A stretch of 64,000 nt of DNA from Octopus bimaculoides (GCF_001194135.2 NC_068984.1:66216275-66280274); one strand, 5' to 3'; positions 26,430-40,013 are shown, numbered from the stretch's first letter. Made by a program: numbers and translations. The notes: a model not told the origin generated them from the sequence alone.

Positions 26430-27332
26430 CATTTGTATGTAGATATGCAGGTTGGTCTAAGCATAAGCATCATGTTGGATCATANNNNNNNNNNTGTTGG
26501 ATCATATATACAGATTGTATTGTATATGTATGTATAGATAAATGTATAGATACTCATATATACATTGTATATACAATGTATATATGAGTATCTATACATT
26601 TATTTGCTTATATGTTTATGCATGTGTGAATGTGGATGTGCATTGAATGCATATTTATATATGTATGGGTAAATATGTGTGTACATGCATGTGTGTACAT
26701 GCAAGTGTGTACATGTGTGTGTATGTGTGTGCATGTTTTCATGCATACATACGTTTATGTGTATATATCTCTGTAAACATCTATATACTTTCTGTGGATG
26801 TATGCACATTAGTTTACACATGTTATCTGAGTATCGGCATATGTTTAAAGGTAGGTTTTCTAATCTATTACTCAGAGACTGCATTTATTTATGAACTTTT
26901 GCAATTCATTATATATCAGTTATAATTATTCAATTTACTGTCTGTTTACAAACACACACACACACATATATCATCATCATCATTATTTAATGTCCATTGT
27001 CCATGCTGGTATGGGTTGGACGGTTCGACCGGAGCTGGTATGCATGTGTGTGTGTGTGAGTCATCATCATCTTCATTCCTTTAGTTAACCTTTTATCTAT
27101 CTCTATATTTACATATCTCTATATTTATTATACTAGTTAGTATATTTTAATATGGTATGCGGTTACAAAGTAGTTTTATGCTGCAAGAAATGACATTGAT
27201 TACTCTGACTAGCTCTACTTTATTGACATCATAATTTATAGATAAATCATTTTAACTGTTATGAATAGTATTTGATCCAAATTTTAGAATCACAAACAAA
27301 TATTCTGAACCAACAACTGCATTTTAAGATAC

Positions 27333-27724
27333 CTTCTACCTTTTGCTTGTTTCAGTCATTAGACTGTAGCCATGCTGGGGCAGCACCTTGAAGAGATTTT
27401 AGTTGAATGAGTCAACCTCAGTACTAATTTCTTATTTTAAGTCTGGTTCTTATTCTATCTATATCTTTTGCCAAACTGCTAAATTATGGAAACGTAACAT
27501 ACCAGAACTGGTTGTCAAGCAGTGGTGGCAGATAAACACAAACTCAAACACACACGCGCGCGTGCATGCGTGCACTTCTTTCAGTTTCTGTCTGCCATAC
27601 CCACTCACAAGTCTTTGGTTGATCCAAGGCTATAATAAAAAACACTTGCCCAAGGTGCCACACTGTGAGACTGAACTCAGATCCATGTAGGTAGGAAGCA
27701 AACTTTTTACCACACAACCACATC
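27333..27724 (-). mobile_element. SINE family A, full-length degenerate
   Basis: ttgtttcagtcattagactgtagccatgctgg ... acacttgcccaaggtgcc ... ttttaccacacaacc. Confidence 0.85.
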
Positions 27725-27996
27725 TGTGCTCACAAGATAGAAGATAATTAGATTTGGATGAGCTATAGAATTAGTGAAAGCGAAGTTTCTTTGCCAAAAC
27801 ATTAAATCTCTAAGATTTGAAAATTTACTCTTAAAGTTGTCTTTGAGATTCTGATCCTTTCCATCTTTGATTCAAGAATTTTCTTTTTGTGTGTGTATAC
27901 ATACATATATGTACGTATGTATGTATGTATGTATGTATGTATGTATGTATGTATGTATGTATGTATGTATGTATATATATATATATATATATATAT

Positions 27997-28319
27997 NNNN
28001 NNNNNNNNNNNNNNNNNNNNNNNNNNNNNNNNNNNNNNNNNNNNNNNNNNNNNNNNNNNNNNNNNNNNNNNNNNNNNNNNNNNNNNNNNNNNNNNNNNNN
28101 NNNNNNNNNNNNNNNNNNNNNNNNNNNNNNNNNNNNNNNNNNNNNNNNNNNNNNNNNNNNNNNNNNNNNNNNNNNNNNNNNNNNNNNNNNNNNNNNNNNN
28201 NNNNNNNNNNNNNNNNNNNNNNNNNNNNNNNNNNNNNNNNNNNNNNNNNNNNNNNNNNNNNNNNNNNNNNNNNNNNNNNNNNNNNNNNNNNNNNNNNNNN
28301 NNNNNNNNNNNNNNNNNNN
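27997..28319. other. Assembly gap
   Basis: N-run. Confidence 1.
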
Positions 28320-28374
28320 TTACATGCCCCTGGCACAGGGGCCAGTCAGCAGCCCTGGTGACGGTCACGCTCAT

Positions 28375-28432
<58 letters not shown>

Positions 28433-28495
28433 ATTCATATATATAATGTAACTATGTACTATAGTACTGAGACTTCTCTTTGTACAATAAAATAC

Positions 28496-28583
28496 CAGTG
28501 CAACACCTCTCCATGGAGAACTATTATCAAATGCTGAGAATCAGAGCATATTGCAGTGGAAGCAACCTCAGCATTAGCAGCGA
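28496..28583 (-). CDS. Candidate 88-nt exon (AANAEVASTAICSDSQHLIIVLHGEVLH), strand uncertain
   Basis: cattaccacctattacag| ... CTG|gtattt, one open frame; the mirror frame on + (QHLSMENYYQMLRIRAY..) is also open. Confidence 0.25.
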
Positions 28584-29461
28584 CTGTAATAGGTGGTAAT
28601 GGAAAGGAAAGTAGAACATAGCTTAGCAAGAACAATACTCATACATACACACCTACAAACAAGCAAATTCATATATTTAGTATAGGTGTAAATCACATAT
28701 TAAAGAATTAAAATAATAATAAAAATAATAATAATGATAATAAATCATTTGCAACTCAAATGCAATAATACTTTAATAATTTGGTAATTTAATATTCACT
28801 TTTGTTTTCTTCCTTCCTTTCTTTACTTTCTGCATAATATCAATTTCTTTGGCACCCATTTTTACATGCAACAAATAGATAGGTGTCAACATTTTATTGA
28901 TAGTCAATGATTTTAAATGTATCATAGCACAAATCACTATTAAATCCTTTACAGTCAATGTAGTTCTATATTATGTAGACACTTAAAATTTGAATTTGTT
29001 AAATTGTTGTTCGGAAAGCATATTAAAAGAAATAGTTTATCGTGTGACTTTATTCTAAATATTCCATAATGTCATGAACACATGAAATCAGAAAATTGAA
29101 AATTAATTAATTTGGGAAATAATAGCATTGTATGGGCTTATTAGAATCTGAAACATGTTTTTCCTTTTTTCTAAATGTTTAGTTGTTTTTCTTTCGTTTT
29201 TCTTTAATTATGTTGTACCATGATATAAATAGAGAGTTTCAATGAAATTTCCATTAGTTGGAATATATAAGGTCGTGACTTGTTTACATTAAACATAAAT
29301 TTTCAAGTAGTATATACATACATATATACACAACGATACATACATACATANNNNNNNNNNNNNNNNNNNNNNNNNNNNNNNNNNNNNNNNNNAATGTGGA
29401 CAGTGAATGGTCAAATAAACGTTTACCTTCGCAGCCGATGTGACAGCACGTCCGTGAGAAG

Positions 29462-29512
<51 letters not shown>

Positions 29513-30117
29513 AAGATATAGATATGTATATGTATATTTTTTTAAAGCCTCCAGATTTTGTAGGTGTGTAGCAAGCAATTGATTGAGAAAATGTATTGAT
29601 TCATTTCAGTTGGGGAATAGAGCAATGAATTTTTATTATCCCACACAGGATTTTACTTAGTGTTACTGAACAGATAAATTCCTCTTGTGATTACAAGGGA
29701 ATTGACTTCAATTTATGTAGTTATAAATTAGTCTAAAAGTCTAAATTTCATTATTGAAATTATAATTAATAAGCAGAAATTTCAAATACAAAAATAATCA
29801 TAACAATTCTTAAAGTACTTTAACACAGACACCCACATCTGTCACAAAATCTTGAACTGCATGAAACTGCTGTTCAAATAATGTTGTTGTATCAAGCACT
29901 CTTCTGTATGAGAAGTAAAGTTTAACCTGACTTTTTAGAAAGAACTTACTATTTTCATTATGTGTTTTTATTTCTTTTATTTTAATAAATGAATTTCTCT
30001 GGACTTTTTCTCCTTCAATTTTCGAACTATTAACCATTATTAAGCTATTACTAAATGATGGTTAATACTACAAGTAGTGATAGAGTTTGGTGATATTATT
30101 TATTAATGATTTAGTTG

Positions 30118-30340
30118 TGACAGTGCAGGCTTAGTGGTTAGGATATTGCACTCCTGATTGTAAAAATTGTGGACTCAGCAATATATTGGTTCTTGAGCAA
30201 AACGCTTCATTTCATGTTGCCTTAGTCCTCTCAGTTAGTGAAAATGAGTAATCCTGTGATGGAACGATATCCCATCCAGGAGGGAGATACATACACCACA
30301 GAATATTGGAAACCTGCCTATGGCTTGGTAAGGACTTTTG
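30118..30340 (+). mobile_element. Family C-like SINE head with a different 3' half
   Basis: ggcttagtggttagg...ttcttgagcaaaacgcttcatttc then cctgtgatggaacgatatcccatccagg (resembles the V-SINE central domain). Confidence 0.6.
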
Positions 30341-30583
30341 ACCCCCTTTTTAATGATTTTATTTGGCAAACAGGAATTGATGTCATGTAAATCTATGTGC
30401 AATCACTTATGTGTAATTAACTCCACTGTATTCAATCTACTTTTGCAGATGATTTGATATGACAGCAGGCAACACATTCCAAAATGGTTAAAAGTTGCTT
30501 TTGCAATGTACACCATTGATCATTACATCATGTCAACAAATATCATCTTAATTCATACAATATTTATAGTTTTGTGGTTTGTA

Positions 30584-30772
30584 TTAACCCTTTTGTATTC
30601 AGATGATTTTGTCTAAGTAATGCTTGTTTATTTATATTGCATTAAATCAACCATGGCTTATCTTGTAGCTTTGAGGTTTCAATGATATGACTGTTTATTT
30701 TTAGAATGACATTCTAGGATAGGTGCAAGAGACCAAATCTGGATAGTTTGTCGTCTTTAAATGCTAAAGTCT
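30584..30772. mobile_element. TTAA MITE family E, degenerate
   Basis: TTAAcccttttgtattcag...tttaaatgctaaag. Confidence 0.7.
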
Positions 30773-32447
30773 TGACTACATTTTGTCAAAATTTCTCATT
30801 TCTAACAGATTTATATAGAGAAAGCAAGCACTACAAGATAGAAATGAAGTCCTCTCCTGTAATCAGAATTGGGACAACATGTTTTAAAGCTATAAGCTCC
30901 ATGACAGTGTATTACAAGTGAAGATAAGAAACACCTATAAAATGATCAAGAATATCAAACAATAACAAACACATTTCTGTGATCAGCCACTATAATTTAA
31001 AGACAATGGTTTCAAGTTTTGTACATGTCCAGTAATTTTAGGGGCAAGATTAATTGAGCACATTGGCTCCAGTGTTCAATTGGTACTTATTTTACCAACC
31101 CCAACAGGATAAAAAGTAAAGTTGATCTTGGTGGAATTTGAATCCAAAATGTAAAGAACCAGAAAATAATGCTGCTGAAAATTTTACTTGACACAGTAAC
31201 TATTCTTCCATGATTCAAGGATAATAAAAATAAATTGCACCAGAAGATGAACAATTGATAGAAGCTGTCTTAAGTAAATATTTAATTTGGTATTGAAGCA
31301 TTCTGAATATTTAAAATATTTCCCAGAAAATTTTTTGACACTATAAGCTTTCAATTTAGCCACTGAAACACAAAGTATGAAACATAGTTGAAATGTTTAT
31401 ATCAGTAATCTAGGAACTTATCCAAATATCAATATGCCAACACTTTCTATACAATTTTGATATCTAATATCCTATAGATTTAAATAACTTAATTTTGTTG
31501 GTATTTTGTATAATTTTACATGCTCATAGTTTTTCTTATCTCTTCTTGATAATACCAAATCCCATCATCTTCTTACTAATACTAAGAGATCAATTGATTC
31601 TTTAAAATTACTTAGTTTATTTCAGCATTATTTTTTCTAAGAAAAGAGGAAAAATATTGTAATATATTTATAGCTCTTTATTTATTTATTTTTTTAATTC
31701 CAACAATAGATAGGATAGTTGAAAGAGTAGAACATGGATTGTATAGAAAAGAACAACAGTAACAATGATAAGAGGGTGGTGGTGATATTAACAATGGTTC
31801 TCAGCTACTCCTATACCTGTGAGTGGTTTCAATGACAATTTAAGCTAGTCAGTGTTTAAACAGTATCATCTAGAGTTTAGAGAGTTATCTCAATCATCAA
31901 AAAACAAAAAAAAAACTTGAAAAAGAAATGAGAAAGTGTTAAATGAAAGTGCAGTACTGGTATTAGTATCACAAGAAAAAAAAGGGGGAAATTCTATTAA
32001 GCCATAATCAGAGAAAAATGCCATTCATTTTGTACTTAAATAAATCTGCGGTAATAAAAGAGAAATTAATTCATTAATCTACTAGGATCATTGATTGTAA
32101 CTTAATCTTAACTGTTCCAAAGCCATGGTTATGGCACCTTGCTTTCATTTGCCAAGTTAATGAATCCAATTAAAAGAATACCTAAGTTGTAATTAAATCA
32201 AACTAAGCTACACGTTTCCAAACAGATTGATTAAAAGTAATTGTTTGCATGTAATGTAGAGCTGCTTTATTGGTAAAATTATTTAGCAGTTTTTAGGCTG
32301 CACTAGTGCAATACCTATAGAGCAATCAATCTTGAGATATTTTTGTGGTCCAACCCTGCTGCAAATCGAGCTGATAAGAGACCAGATACATTTACATGTA
32401 CGTATATATATATATAGACACATACACACACACATATATACACATAG

Positions 32448-32529
<82 letters not shown>

Positions 32530-32540
32530 CATGCATACAT

Positions 32541-32580
<40 letters not shown>

Positions 32581-33878
32581 CATTTTGTTGGGCTTTTAAA
32601 TCAGATAAGAAAGAGAAAAAAACATGACTAAATACTGGTTAAAAACGGGAAAAAACACATACTATATGGATAGAGAAAACTTATGGAACAAGCTATTCTT
32701 AAATGAATTGCTATATTAGATCACAATCTAAATATTACAAATTTGTTATCCATTATATATACTATTTTTTAATTAGTAACTTTTTGAGATGAGATATTAT
32801 TCATTTTATTCAGGAGGGAGACCGCCTCAAATTGATTCATGCTATATTAGATTGCTTTACTTTGTTAATATTAGAAAGATATATGTGTATATGTATGCAT
32901 ATGTGTGCATGTGTACGTGTGTGTGTGCATGTGCATGTGTGTGTGTTGATAAAAGGAGCAAGTTTTTCTTTCAATTACATTACAATGAAGACATGACTAT
33001 GTATGAGTTTAATTATTTTTTTTGTGATTTTTCCAATATCTGTTGTAATCCTTTACGTTCAGTTTGGAACATCTATGTTCCAAAGTCCATTAACATTTTC
33101 AGAACTTCTCAGTCTTATCATCAGAATGAAGAGATGATAGTTGCATTATTATAATAAGTAAAGTACCCATGAAACACTGGGGTTGATGTAATTGACTTAA
33201 TCCCCTTCCCTAAAGCTGCCCTTGTGGCAAACATTGGGATTCATTATTATTATAGGTAACAAGTTTTCATAGGAATGATGCTGTAACTGATAAAAATCAT
33301 CTTTCCCAGGTCTAAAATTTGTCTAACTGGAAAACACACACCCACACACACACACACACACACACACCACACACAAATATATGTCACTCACTCATTCTCC
33401 ATCTCCCTTTCCCATCATATATATGTAGTTCAAATTTACAGAAAAAAAGATGAAGACAAGTGAGGAAACAAGCAAGTGTATTAGTTTGATATTCAGGAAG
33501 AATGGAAAAGTCTTTGATGTTTTGAGCATACACTCTTCAACAGAAAGGATTGAGATGAAAAAAAACAGAGAGGAGAAAAAATGTGTAGGGATTATGCATA
33601 CATACATACATATACATATATGTATATATTAATATTTAGCAGAAGCATTAGAGTGACTCAAGGGCTGGGAGTTTCATGTGTTGGCATTCACCAAACAATG
33701 CACAAAACTCTTAGCCCTTGAATCACTCTGTTAATTCTGCTAAAATACAATAAAATATACATATACTCATACTTTGAGTTCTATATTTCTTGCATGCATC
33801 ACCATACCTGTATATGTGTGTGTGTGTGTTTGTGTGAATTATACACACTTTCACCATAAAATGTCTTTATTATTGTCA

Positions 33879-34424
33879 CACTGCCTTCTTCGCATGTGTA
33901 CTTTTAGTGCTACTATTGTAGTCATGTGATTGAAGTTTGAGCATGATCATGCCAATTTTCTCTCTGGCTTTACAGTATAAGCATGGTCACCCCACTAGCA
34001 ATGTGCAACAAAGAGCAGTGATCTGAGAGACAGTAACGGTGAACCAGTTCGCCATTACCATCTTCTTGAGCTTACTGATTCTTCTTGTGAGTGGTGGAGG
34101 TTGATGAGCATCCTGCTCTCTCTTTGTGCATCATGCATGCCCGGCCACCTTTAAACGTCTTGATCCACTTATACACACTTCTATGCAGTAGTGAACTGTC
34201 TCTGTGTTGTGCTAAAAGCTTTCAATGAATTTCAGCATCTGACACACCTTCCAACCAGAGAAATCAAATCACTCCTCTTTGTTCTTCTTTGGTGTACATT
34301 GCTAGTGGTGTGGCCATGCTAACATTGTAAAGCCAGAAAGAAAAATGGTGTGATCAGGCTCAAGCTTCGATCATGTGACCACAATAGTACCAACTATAAT
34401 CACACTTGTGCTGAAGAACTGCAG
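33879..34424. mobile_element. Mariner-derived fold-back element with ~150-bp inverted arms
   Basis: 33879-34030 is the diverged reverse complement of 34262-34424; both arms include the transposase start. Confidence 0.75.
34035..34317 (-). pseudogene. Mariner transposase N-terminal HTH relic
   Basis: MATPLAMYTKEEQRGVI*FLWLEGVSDAEIH*KLLAQHRDSSLLHRSVYKWIKTFKGGRACMMHKERAGCSST matches the mariner pattern EQR.VI.FL..EG....EIH..L...YG...L....VY.W...FK.GR......R.G. Confidence 0.85.
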
Positions 34425-34923
34425 TCCAATCAAGATCAGGAAATCCATATAGCAATATTTTCATATTTTCATGTGTCTCCTTCAGATGTTCCTCCTCAAG
34501 GAGCAATGATCTTTCATATAACATTCTGCTGAAATATTTTGAATTCTTTCTTCTTAAGTATCCTTAAGAATGAGATGAGTTTCTATTTATCATGACTTGC
34601 ACTATATGTGGGCATGCAAATTCTATCACAAAAGTCTCTGATAGCATCAATATGTAGATATAACATTGCTGTTTAGAATCTATCGAGGTTTTTTAAATTA
34701 TTCTGAAGTGCAATAGTAAAACAAAACTATGCTTCGGTAGGGTGATGGATGAGTAGTTGTTAAAGCATTAAACATATTGTCTTGCAGTATTTGTTCCCAC
34801 TCTTCGTAGTCTGCGTTCCAACCCTACTGAAGTCAGCATTTTGTTCTTTTGTTCTGGCTAAATAGTTAGAGTAATGAACAAGATTCCTTGTGGAATCTGC
34901 TCCTGTTCTTTGCATTCTCACAG

Positions 34924-35024
34924 CAACACTTCTGACACTACAAGTGCCAGGCTCTATCAACTCTAGCCTTTTCTCAGGCAATATTAGTGACAAAGAAAGG
35001 AGAGACTTTTATGCACGAGCAACA
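34924..35024 (+). CDS. Candidate 101-nt internal exon (TLLTLQVPGSINSSLFSGNISDKERRDFYARAT), unassigned
   Basis: ctcctgttctttgcattctcacag| ... ACA|gtaagt; only one open frame; no family recognised. Confidence 0.45.
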
Positions 35025-37465
35025 GTAAGTTTACAATCTAAAAATTTTGGTAATTAAACAAAGATTTCAGTATTTTTTTCTTTTTCAGAGTGTGTAAACT
35101 ATATATCATAAAAAGAATATAAATATTCTTGAAATATCAACTGTACTTTTTGTTAAATAAACCAACTAAAAGACTGAAATAATAAATAAATATATAAAAG
35201 TTGAAGCCTGGCATTATATAATGCATAGAAATATGAATAAAAAGATATGATAATTGAATAATTATTGTATTGTCAAATATGATTACAGTGTGAATTCCAT
35301 GGTAATCAAATATGATTACCATGCTATTCTTGGACTGTCATCTGCTGTGCTTTATTGTTGTTGAGAATTTGTTCTCTGGTCTTCAATATTTCTACTTTGA
35401 AAATGAGACTACATATATTCATTAAGTTATCAGTGAACTATTTCTCTTGTTATGTTTAATAACTTCTTGTTCTTCTGTGAAATAGAACTATACATCTATT
35501 TTCTATTTGTCTTATGGCAGCATGTTCTTTTACAGTTCTATGTAATTATTTGTAATGAGTATATAGAACTGGAAATAAACTTGGTACATGATGAGAAATA
35601 ATTAGTGAAAATGATGTATTGTTACAGAGAAATATAAGATAAGATGAATATCTTGAAAGTATAATGCACTTTTAGAATAGAAGTTGACCAAGTTTATATG
35701 ATTCCTGCTTACACAGTAACTTTCGGATGGTTCACATCTCATTACCAATGCCTATTATATTCATTTAAAGTGTAGATTTTGAATTGTATGTGTTGTATGA
35801 GAATGACCATCAATGTTTTACAACAGTAGATTTAAGTGTTGGTGTTGGAAATTCTTCACAAGATAAAAGCACATGTTCTTAGTATATTTTGATACATATT
35901 GTATCAAAACTAACACTTGTAACATACAGTTATGTAATATTATTACAGTTATAAATGTTTCTATTTGGCAATAAAGACATTATTCTAACAGACACAGAGG
36001 AGTTGGAGTATGGCACTTAACACTGAGAGTTCACTAACCTAATATACATTTAATGACCATCTCAATAATCAGTGTAATGATGATTTTAAGCACTATGCAA
36101 TACAGCCTTTGTTATTAAAATTTAGGACAATTCATTTCAAATAATGGCAAAACACTATGAATTACCTGCCATAATACACATCAAATGCACCTGGCTAGTG
36201 TAGTCTAAACACTAGCAATATCACTTAGCTGTTGGTTATTTAAAAGGAACTAACAGGGTGTCAAATATAATTTTAGAATTTACTTAAAATGGATTTACTA
36301 ATTTACTTCAGAAACATTGGTTTAAATTACATTGTAGGTATTTTCTTTAATTTGTAAACTCTGTCTTGTTTCACTATACCACTGAATATCAAAGTACAGA
36401 TTTTATTCTTGGTATTTAAGATAACGTATAGCTTGCAAGTGATTTTTTTTTTTTTTGTAAGTTCAAACTTCATTGTATACACCAAAATACATGGTAAGTA
36501 GTTTCATATGAAGGGACAGCTCACTGTTATAAGAAGTGATGTATGATCCATAATGTACCAGCTTCTGCATAACTAACTGTTCTGATAGAAATTGGGGTCA
36601 ATTCAACCTCTATCACACACTACTTCTTGTAATAAGACTCATATACTATATCTGAAAGCAAGAATTCCTTAGATTTCTTTTGAGCATAGGTCTGCTTAGT
36701 CAAGATTGATAAAGTGCTAAACAACAACAATAACAATAAATACTTAAACACGACATTACTTTTTGATAATCAGTTGAGACACTGACTTTCAATTTCACTA
36801 TGAATATTTAAAAAATTATTAGCTTAGTGATAAGTTACTGCTAAATAAAATCTGCTATGCCAGTTCGATTTCCAAATGATCCAGTTCATTTCACCTACTT
36901 CTTATACATATACTTTTTAGATGTAATCAATTACTTAGAGAGAAATGGACTCCTCCAGGCTGACTTTCAGATTTCAAATACTTATTTGAATGATTTAATT
37001 ATATAAGATTACTAAACTAGATTAGTAAAATAGAATTCTTAAAAACATGTGAGACAAGTTTCTTAAATATTTTCCTTCATTTCCATCTAATTTATGGTAT
37101 AAAAATATCTTTCTGAGTCAATGACTTATTTTATTGGTTTCTAACAAAGATTTTGAACTGCAAATGAGAAAAATCTGTACATGGCTGCTCAACGATAGCA
37201 GTCAAATTTTTCCAATATTATATATTATTGACATGAAAATAAGAAGCACTGGAAGATGTAACGTAGATGCAGATGCAAAATACCTGAAAAGGAAAAACAA
37301 AACAGAAAACAGCATGGTCAGAGATGATCATAGCTGGAACATCTTTGATCATAGATGAAGATGATAAAGACTGCAGGCAACAACAACAACAAAAGTTTTG
37401 AGACTTCTACGTACAGGAATAACTCAACTTATGTCATTTCAAGGAACATATTTTTTGTCTTTATG

Positions 37466-37868
37466 CTCTCTTTACTCTATACTCTTTTACTTGTTTCAGT
37501 CATTTGGCCATGCTGGAGCACCGCTTTTAGTCGAGCAAATCAACCCCAGGACTTATTCGTTGTAAGCCTAGTACTTATTCTATTGGTCTCTTTTGCCAAA
37601 CCGCTAAATTACAAGGATGTAAACACACCAGCATCGGTTGTCAAGCGATGAGGGCGGGGGACAAACACAGACACACAAATACACACACACATATACATAT
37701 ACATATATATGACAGGCTTCTTTCAGTTTCCGTCTACCAAATCCACTCACAAGGTTTGGTCAACCTGAGACTGTAGTAGAAGACACTTGCCCAAGGTGCC
37801 ATGCAGTGGGACTGAACCCAGAACCATGTGGTTGGTAAGCAAGCTACTTACCACACAGCCACTCCTGC
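37466..37868 (-). mobile_element. SINE family A, full-length, well preserved
   Basis: tRNA-like head (A box tggctgtgtgg, B box ggttcagtccc), CORE-like ccttgggcaagt, internal (TA/CA)n, tail aagtaaaagagt. Confidence 0.9.
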
Positions 37869-38025
37869 TGTATATTTTTCTTTTAAGATATAAATGAGAA
37901 AATTAGCTTCAACTTCAATCAATTTATCTGACTTTGCATCAGTGACATATTTCAAAAGCATGAAATAAAAAAAAAAACATCTAAAAAATACATGTGAAAA
38001 TATGTAATAACCATCTATTACACAG

Positions 38026-38235
38026 GTCAGGTTAGGTCAGATAGAAGGGCATGCACCAATGCAGAACATCGCTACATTCACCAATTGTTGGTATTCGCTT
38101 CAGTCATCCCAGGCAATCTTTCAAGTAATGTCCCAGTCAGACCACATCTCTGCAAGAAACTTTTCCATTCACTGTGACCATGTGGCAATTGGTCAACCAG
38201 CATGAGCCATAATCCCAACCAGACCTCAGAGAAGA
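38026..38235 (-). mobile_element. RTE LINE 3' end relic with (CCTGA/CCTAA) tail
   Basis: Minus-strand ..PIATWSQ*MEKFLAEMWSDWDIT*KIAWDD*SEYQQLVNVAMFC resembles the RTE C-terminus GRP..TW...EK......W...A.DR..W..LV. Confidence 0.55.
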
Positions 38236-38619
38236 GAACATATGTTTTGTATTGTGGGAACTTCAGGCCAAAGAATAAACCCAACTTTTTCTCTACACCT
38301 CATAAAAGGCAACTAAAAGTGGTTGAGGCAGGATTTTCACTCCAGCCTTGTAAAACCTTACCAGCGATGACTACCCAAAGAAACCCATCAAATCCTCTGG
38401 GAAAGTACTTCAACTGCTAATAAGGTACAAGCAGTTGAGGCATAGCCATCAAGAACTCTACCTCATGAATGGGGAAATCTCTAGAGGACAGGTTGGGATG
38501 ACAGGCCGTCACTTGAATGGCACAAAGCTGACATCCACCAAGAGTAGGGAATTTGTTTTTCAATCTGAGGGGTCCTATTCTGTTGAGGTCCTGGAATGTT
38601 GTGTCTGAGGGATAATTTC

Positions 38620-38950
38620 AGATATACAGGTTCTTCTGGGTGCTGATGCAGTGACCTACAACTCTCATTCTTCTCTGCTGAATCTTCTCAGTCACTTTGG
38701 ATAGATCTTGATAAAGCTGCTCATTGGTTAAATGAGTTCTCCAAGTAACATTTAGAGCTATTCAATTTGTCTTATGGCAGTCAGTTGAAGGAAGAATCAT
38801 CAGGGAAGAAAACGTCTAACCAATGTGGACATCTTGCTTCAGGATAGTGGAATGGCAAATGTTGACGAATTGAGAACATGCATGGCAGGGCCATGATGAA
38901 TGTCATGGTTATATGAAATCAATGAAGCATATGGAAGGATGGCCAAACTA
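38620..38950 (+). mobile_element. RTE LINE 3' fragment with inverted 5' segment
   Basis: - strand 38620-38761: IALNVTWRTHLTNEQLYQDLSKVTEKIQQRRMRVVGHCI/HPEEPV; + strand from 38762: QFVLWQSVEGR/RKRLTNVDILLQDSGMANVDELRTCMA; these are consecutive parts of the RTE C-terminus. Confidence 0.8.
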
Positions 38951-39385
38951 AAACTTATAGATTTTTAGAAAGATGTTTTCTCGTGTCACATCATTTTTGG
39001 AGTTAAATCGCATGTCTTAGAACCCGTTACCAATGTAAGTTGAGATATGTTTGAACTTTTGTCATAGTGTAGTCAACTGAATGAGCTCTTCCCAACCCAT
39101 GAATGATCGGTATTTTTCATCAGTCCTGTAAAGATGAAAAATCAAATTCAAATCTGGTGGAATATGAACTAAGAATGTAGAGAATAAAGATTAAAGAATG
39201 TAAAATCATTTAGTCTGGTAGTCTGTTATTTCTGCCAACTCATCCCAGAAATTATGCTATTGATTGCTTCTGTAGGATGATTACATAGTCTACAGTTGAT
39301 GTTAGACTCTTGTTTTATTATCCTATTTTAGCAGCTTTCATCATCATCATCATCATCATCAACATCAGCACCATCATCATCATCA

Positions 39386-39417
<32 letters not shown>

Positions 39418-39784
39418 GTCATCATCACCACCAATATCACCATCATCATCATCATCAACAACAACATCATTATTTGTGGATAATCATTGATCTTATGCAG
39501 ATAAAAATCAGTTCTTTAATTTCTGTCTTTAGACCAAAGCTTTTAAGCCATTGTTATCTTTCATACTGGCTCACTTAGTCTCTGTCCATTCTTGCAGGAT
39601 GCTGACCATGAAGAAGTCTTTCTCTCCATTTTATTCTTTAGTATTTTTGGAGTTCCACTTCTATTTAATCTTTTGTTCATTTCACATTTTCAGTTGTTTT
39701 GTCGGGTTTTTTTTTTTTTTTATTATCTAAACATATTTACTTGAAGTACTTAGTTTCTTGTTTTGAATTTCTTGTTTTTATTTT

Positions 39785-39816
<32 letters not shown>

Positions 39817-40013
39817 ACATATATAAAAAAAATGTTTTTTTTATAAATATTTTTCTCATATTATACTAATCAGTCTATATTTGCTTGTTTGCAAATATTT
39901 TTGTAGACCCTCTGTGGTTACTTTATAAAAGTTTGCTTATTATTATTATTATTTTTACCACCACCACCACCACTACTACTACTAAGGTGGTGGATTGGTA
40001 GAATTGTAAGAAC

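Noticed and set aside
37200-37300. Very strong minus-strand acceptor gttttgtttttccttttcag|G
   Set aside because: Lies within a family G repeat; all frames stop with no good donor
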